DNA of 62,582 nucleotides, the filler included. It is 5 parts of 5 records of this genome, joined end to end, with 100 filler letters (N's around TTAATTAATTAA, not from the genome) between each part and the next. Parts side by side here need not be neighbours in the genome. Positions count along the whole stretch, not along the records: positions 56,734 to 62,582 come from SRR20825006_2572; 4 more parts are not named here. One strand, given 5' to 3'. This document shows, in pieces, positions 58,207-62,582 of the stretch. Made by a program: the position numbers and the translations under genes. The notes under the pieces are model-generated. The model saw only the letters and a list, made by a program, of their open reading frames with translations. It was not told the origin of the DNA and ran no database searches. The number at the start of each line of letters is the position of its first letter. Position 1 is the stretch's first letter.

Positions 58207-58440
58207 TTATTCCGGTGCGGAAGTCTGAAGCGCAAGGGCGTGCAGGTCACCGCCCATTTTGCCTTTGAGGGCCGAATAGATCATCTGGTGCTGCATCACG
58301 CGGGTTTTACCGCGGAAGGACTCGGACACAACGATTGCCGCATAATGATCGCCATCACCGCGAAGGTCCTCGATGCGGACCTGTGCATCGGGAAGGGCTT
58401 CCTTGATCATCGTTTCGATTTCGTGGGCTTCCATGGCCAT
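58207..58440 (-). CDS. bolA: BolA-family protein
   Basis: DLRGDGDHY, FRGKTRVMQHQMIY, LHALALQT; near grxD. Confidence 0.92.
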   Translation of the reverse strand: MAMEAHEIETMIKEALPDAQVRIEDLRGDGDHYAAIVVSESFRGKTRVMQHQMIYSALKGKMGGDLHALALQTSAPE

Positions 58441-58616
58441 GGCGCTAATTCCTTATAATTGGTCGAATACCCTTGCGCCCTGTTTGGCGCATTCATCCGG
58501 GTGCCCGGCGATATTTGTTAATTCTGGTATATGTTGTCCCTGTAGGGGCTGTCAATTTCTGCAAGCGGTAATGCGCTTCGCGCGGTCAAAGATATGGTGG
58601 TGCTTGTGTTTTGCGG

Positions 58617-58740
58617 CACATTGCGCTACGAAATGCGCGGTTGCACACACCGGCCGTTCGCGGGGCTTTGGCTCATGGTAAAGTGATGCAGACGATTTTA
58701 TCGGTTCCCCGTCTTCTTGTGACGTCGGACCGGCAATGCG
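58617..58740 (+). ncRNA. Putative structured cis-regulatory RNA leader (sul1-motif-like)
   Basis: CATTGC (58619-58624)/GCAATG (58733-58738) closing stem with internal GCGC-N9-GCGC hairpin, ending about 30 nt before the ATG. Confidence 0.45.
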
Positions 58741-58769
58741 GACACCCGGCCTCCTGTCAGGAGACGAAA

Positions 58770-59285
58770 ATGACCCAACCCGTTCATAACCCGCCCGAAA
58801 AGCCTGAACAGACACCGGTCGAGCTTGCCGATTTTGCGATAATCGCATCGGGCGATCCGGCGGAAATACTTAAGCAGCAGGCAAAGCGCCTGCGCAAGGC
58901 ACTGGCCAGCCGCAAGATGACGGTTTCCCACACCGGAAGCCTGGAGCTTCTGGCGCAAAGCCACGGATTTCGTGACTGGAACACCGCGATTGCCATGACG
59001 CGCAAACGCGAACCGGTCCGGATTGCCGATCTTGGTATCGGCAAACGCTTTGCCGGGTCCTATCTCGGCCATGCGGTGTGCGGCCAAATCCGCGGTGTCA
59101 CCAGAACCCCGGTTGGCGGTGTTTACCGGATCGAGGTTCATCTGGATCAGCCTGTTGATGTCGTGACGTCGGAACGTTTCAGTGCTTTGCGACAGCGCAT
59201 CGCGTCACGGATCAACGAGGATTGTGAACCCGTGCTTGCCAATGGCACGCGCGGCCCCGGTCTTTCGGTTGATCTGCTGCTGTGA
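58770..59285 (+). CDS. Glyoxalase-superfamily-associated (Glyoxalase_8-like) protein
   Basis: LKQQAKRLRKAL...SLELLAQSHGFRDWNT and DQPVDVVTSERFS; AGGAG RBS before ATG 58770. Confidence 0.7.
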   Translation: MTQPVHNPPEKPEQTPVELADFAIIASGDPAEILKQQAKRLRKALASRKMTVSHTGSLELLAQSHGFRDWNTAIAMTRKREPVRIADLGIGKRFAGSYLGHAVCGQIRGVTRTPVGGVYRIEVHLDQPVDVVTSERFSALRQRIASRINEDCEPVLANGTRGPGLSVDLLL

Positions 59286-59752
59286 CTTTGACGCAGCTTG
59301 TTGCTGACATAAATAATGAAACCCTCCGGCAGCTTCCCAAAGTTGCCGGAGCCTACATTCTCGTGATTGATCTTTCTGCTGATCTGGTTTTACGGAACAA
59401 ACGCTTCGCCGGGGCCATCCTGCGCCGGGGCACTTATCTTTATTGCGGTTCTGCCAACGGATCGGGTGGCATTGCGGCCCGTGTCAAACGTCATTGCCGG
59501 ACGGAGAAAAAACAGCATTGGCATGTCGATGAACTGACCAACGGCACCGGGCACGTGGTTGCGATGCTTGTCATGCCCGATGGGTGTGAATGCGATTTGC
59601 GTGCTGCTTTGGGTATGGTGCCGGGCATTTCCATTCCGATTGCCGGGTTTGGCAGTTCGGATTGCGCGCGTTGCCCTGCTCATCTGCTGGCGGCGGAAAG
59701 CCATGCCGTCGCGATGACGGCAATCGAGCAGGTCCGAAAGGCGTTCACCTAG
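59282..59752 (+). CDS. GIY-YIG (DUF123/Uri-like) endonuclease family protein
   Basis: GAYIL...YLYCGSA...RVKRH...HWHVD...EC...GFGSSDC..CPAHL; GTGA overlap with upstream gene. Confidence 0.8.
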   Translation: MTLTQLVADINNETLRQLPKVAGAYILVIDLSADLVLRNKRFAGAILRRGTYLYCGSANGSGGIAARVKRHCRTEKKQHWHVDELTNGTGHVVAMLVMPDGCECDLRAALGMVPGISIPIAGFGSSDCARCPAHLLAAESHAVAMTAIEQVRKAFT

Positions 59753-60885
59753 TCCTTGCGGTTGCCTGCCGTGCCGTCAATCAGCGGACGGAAGCCCGAT
59801 GCAACAATCTTTGGGCCGATCCTGCGCATAAGGGTATTGCGCAACCAGACACCGGTCTTGCCGCGGATTTTGGCGAAACCCATGCGTTGCAGGGATTGTT
59901 GCTGGACCCAGTGTGCTTCGGGCAGTCGGGCGGCCTGCCAGTCGGCAAGCGCGATTGTGATGTCGGGTTGTTTGTGAAGGGCATTGGCCAGTGCCAAGCC
60001 ATCCTTGATCGATTGCGTTGCCCCCTGTGCCATGGTCGGAAGGGTGCCATGTGCCGCATCCCCGATCAGTACCACACGCCCCGCAACCCATTCGGGCATG
60101 ACCATTTGCTGAAGACGGCCTTCGTGAATGACGGTGTCCGTTCCGATTGTGCCTAGCATATCGCACACCGATCCATCAAACCGGGCAAAATGCGCGGCAA
60201 GTTCGCTTGTCGGCAAGTCGTGTATTCTTTCGCCCGGATCATAGGTGCTGGCATAGATATAAAACCGGCTATCACCCAACGGCATCAGCAGAATAACCTG
60301 CCCGTGACCGATGATGAATTTGGGCGCTGTCAGGCCGAAGGGATAATCCGTGATCCAGCGCCAGCAGATATAACCAGTCGGCTGCGGGACATGTTCCGGG
60401 CCAAAAACCAGGCGTCGAACGGCTGAATTGATCCCGTCCGCACCGATCACAAGATCAAAGCTGCCGGTCGTGCCGTCGGTAAAACGAACCTGTGCCTGAT
60501 CGGGTGCGTTACTGATGTCGGATACGGAAAGACCAAACCGGATGGTCGGTGTTGTTAGTCTGGCGCACAGGATTTCGTGAAAGTCGCTGCGGGTCAGGGC
60601 CTGAAATGTCGGCCAGCCGAGCTGTTCGGTTTCAAGCGCAAACAGTTTTCGGTCACGATGATCGAAATAATCAAGCCTTGGAAAGGCACAGGATTTGTCG
60701 GCAACATCCTGATCAATGCCAAGGTCCCGAAGGGCCGTCACCGCATTGCCGGGCAGGTGCAACCCTGCCCCGGCCGGTTTCCAGCCATCAAGGGTTTCGG
60801 CAATCGTAATGTCATGTCCGTCGCCTTGCAGGGCAATGGCCGCAGACAAACCGGCGATGCCGCCGCCGACAATCAGAATGTTCAT
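59749..60885 (-). CDS. FAD-dependent monooxygenase (salicylate hydroxylase-like)
   Basis: IVGGGIAGL, IGADGINSAVR, LIGDAAH...AQGA. Confidence 0.9.
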   Translation of the reverse strand: MNILIVGGGIAGLSAAIALQGDGHDITIAETLDGWKPAGAGLHLPGNAVTALRDLGIDQDVADKSCAFPRLDYFDHRDRKLFALETEQLGWPTFQALTRSDFHEILCARLTTPTIRFGLSVSDISNAPDQAQVRFTDGTTGSFDLVIGADGINSAVRRLVFGPEHVPQPTGYICWRWITDYPFGLTAPKFIIGHGQVILLMPLGDSRFYIYASTYDPGERIHDLPTSELAAHFARFDGSVCDMLGTIGTDTVIHEGRLQQMVMPEWVAGRVVLIGDAAHGTLPTMAQGATQSIKDGLALANALHKQPDITIALADWQAARLPEAHWVQQQSLQRMGFAKIRGKTGVWLRNTLMRRIGPKIVASGFRPLIDGTAGNRKD

Positions 60886-60920
60886 TTTATGCCTGTAACT
60901 GGAATGGGGTGATGTTCGGA

Positions 60921-61919
60921 TCAGCCGCCCGTCATGCTCATATGGCGACCGACTGCAGGTTTCTGGCCCTTGCGGTCGATGACGAAATCATGACCCTTGG
61001 GTTTCAGCAGCATGGCTTCGTCAAGTAGACGGTCAAGGGTTTCGGGCGCGCCCGAGCGGAGGGCCGCGCGCAGATCAACGTGGTCTTCCTGACCAAGGCA
61101 CATGTAAAGCGTACCGGTACAGGTCACGCGCACGCGGTTGCAGCCCTCACAGAAATTATGGGTAAGCGGTGTTATGAAACCAAGACGCCCGCCGGTTTCG
61201 GCAACCGTGACATAGCGTGCCGGGCCGGGGGTGACATGGTTGCTGGGTACCAAGGTATATTCCTGTTCCAGCCGTTCACGAACGGCGGTCAGCGGCAGAT
61301 ATTGATCGGTGCGATCCCCGTCAATATCGCCAAGCGGCATGGTTTCAATCAGGCAAAGATCAAAGCCTTCCTTGCCGCACCAGGCGACAAGACGGGAAAT
61401 TTCGTCTTCGTTGAAATTGCGAAGGGCGACCGTGTTGATCTTGATCTTGAGCCCCGCCTGTTTGGCAGCTTCAAGCCCGCTTAGTACTTGTTCAAGGCGG
61501 CCACGGCGGGTGATTTCGGCGAATTTCTGATGATCAAGGCTATCAAGCGAGATGTTGAGCCGTTTGACGCCAAGACGTGCCAGATCATCGGCGTAGGTCG
61601 CAAGCTGGCTGCCATTGGTCGTCATGGTAAGTTCGTCAAGCGCACCGGATTTAAGATGACGCGACAAATCCCTGATCAGGTCCATGATGCCACGGCGCAC
61701 CAGTGGCTCGCCCCCGGTCAAGCGCAGTTTGCGTACACCGCGCGCAATGAAGGCCGAACAGAGCTGATCGAGTTCTTCAAGTGTCAGGACTTCGGATTTT
61801 GGCAGAAAGATCATGCTTTCGGCCATGCAATAGGTGCAGCGGAAGTCACAGCGATCCGTCACCGATACCCGAAGGTACGATACATGGCGGCCATATTTGT
61901 CAATCAGCGGTCTGGTCAT
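60921..61919 (-). CDS. moaA: GTP 3',8-cyclase (radical SAM, molybdenum cofactor biosynthesis)
   Basis: [35 protein letters not shown]-terminal MSMTGG. Confidence 0.96.
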   Translation of the reverse strand: MTRPLIDKYGRHVSYLRVSVTDRCDFRCTYCMAESMIFLPKSEVLTLEELDQLCSAFIARGVRKLRLTGGEPLVRRGIMDLIRDLSRHLKSGALDELTMTTNGSQLATYADDLARLGVKRLNISLDSLDHQKFAEITRRGRLEQVLSGLEAAKQAGLKIKINTVALRNFNEDEISRLVAWCGKEGFDLCLIETMPLGDIDGDRTDQYLPLTAVRERLEQEYTLVPSNHVTPGPARYVTVAETGGRLGFITPLTHNFCEGCNRVRVTCTGTLYMCLGQEDHVDLRAALRSGAPETLDRLLDEAMLLKPKGHDFVIDRKGQKPAVGRHMSMTGG

Positions 61920-62119
61920 GGCGGCGGCGCTTGTTTCTGTTTATTGGTCTGGAAACGCTATGTAGTGCGCAAGTTCGACTTTGGCACAGGGGGGATTGAT
62001 TTGGCCACCCCGATTTGTGATGAAATCATCACCTTTCCGTCAGATGACATCAGAAAAACCGCGGGAAATATCCGCCGCGGTGTTTCTATCTGTCAGGAAA
62101 TTCAGGAATTATCGAATGC

Positions 62120-62582
62120 CTATTCCCAGTTTTCGGCTTCGCGGATGTGGAGGGTCGCGACGTCGCGATCAAGCGATGCCATGACATTGCGTAGCGTCTC
62201 GACATTCTCGCTGCCAAGCTTGGCAACCAGTTCGGCCGAACGTTCCGGCTTGGACAGGGCGGAACGTACATCGCGGAACAGGGCGCGCAGCAATCGCACA
62301 CAATGTTCCTCGGTAAAGGTCCATGCATGATCGCCATGCGGCATGTTGTCATTGACCAACTGGATCATCCAGTTTTTACGCCGCTCGTAATCCTTGAAAT
62401 GCAGGGCCATGCGCGAGAAGACCAGATTAAGCCGGTTGGCGACCTGTGGCTCTTCGGCGAGGTGATCCCAGTAATCTGTCGGATCACGCAATTCATCTTC
62501 TTCGTCGGCATGCTGTTCAATGATGGTCTGTATTTCGCCATCGATTTCCTGTAGCATATCCATGCCAACCATCATGCGGATG
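62120..62582 (-). CDS. Hypothetical protein, C-terminal part (runs off window end)
   Basis: Open frame to the window edge, helical composition, no recognisable motif. Confidence 0.6.
   Translation of the reverse strand, partial: IRMMVGMDMLQEIDGEIQTIIEQHADEEDELRDPTDYWDHLAEEPQVANRLNLVFSRMALHFKDYERRKNWMIQLVNDNMPHGDHAWTFTEEHCVRLLRALFRDVRSALSKPERSAELVAKLGSENVETLRNVMASLDRDVATLHIREAENWE

Noticed and set aside
56869-62568. Numerous overlapping alternative-frame ORFs in the GC-rich contig (e.g. 61488-62330, 59590-60156, 57077-57511) and short antisense ORFs elsewhere
   Set aside because: Shadow ORFs opposite or overlapping well-supported genes; expected at high GC and lacking motifs.

Overview
The window is five contigs joined by identical artificial 100-bp linkers (44 N + TTAATTAATTAA + 44 N). 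Contigs 1-4 (1-56633) are AT-rich and Flavobacteriaceae-like. They carry mostly housekeeping and catabolic genes: LacI-kduI-kduD-DUF4861, sodA, an AddA-like helicase, kbl, ompA, parAB, dapB, lepB, an nrdA fragment, a phosphate transporter/porin pair, dgt, dxs and tadA. Contig 5 (56734-62582) is GC-rich and alphaproteobacterial-looking (grxD, rarD, bolA, moaA), so it probably comes from a different organism. The most interesting part is contig 3 (22016-43355), a 21-kb accessory island. It holds immunity/conflict-type genes (SMI1/KNR4, DUF1266-like, DUF6892-like, a giant DUF4132 protein, TPR proteins), a tightly coupled coiled-coil/vWA/divergent adenylosuccinate-synthetase operon, and a TPR sensor kinase with a NarL-family regulator. 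All seven predicted transcription units in the island carry a related imperfect palindrome (ATC[A/C]C-N8-G[T/G]GAT) exactly 21 bp upstream of a Bacteroidetes -7-like element. This suggests a single self-encoded, co-activated defence or stress regulon. Family names are from motif recognition only; no database searches were run.
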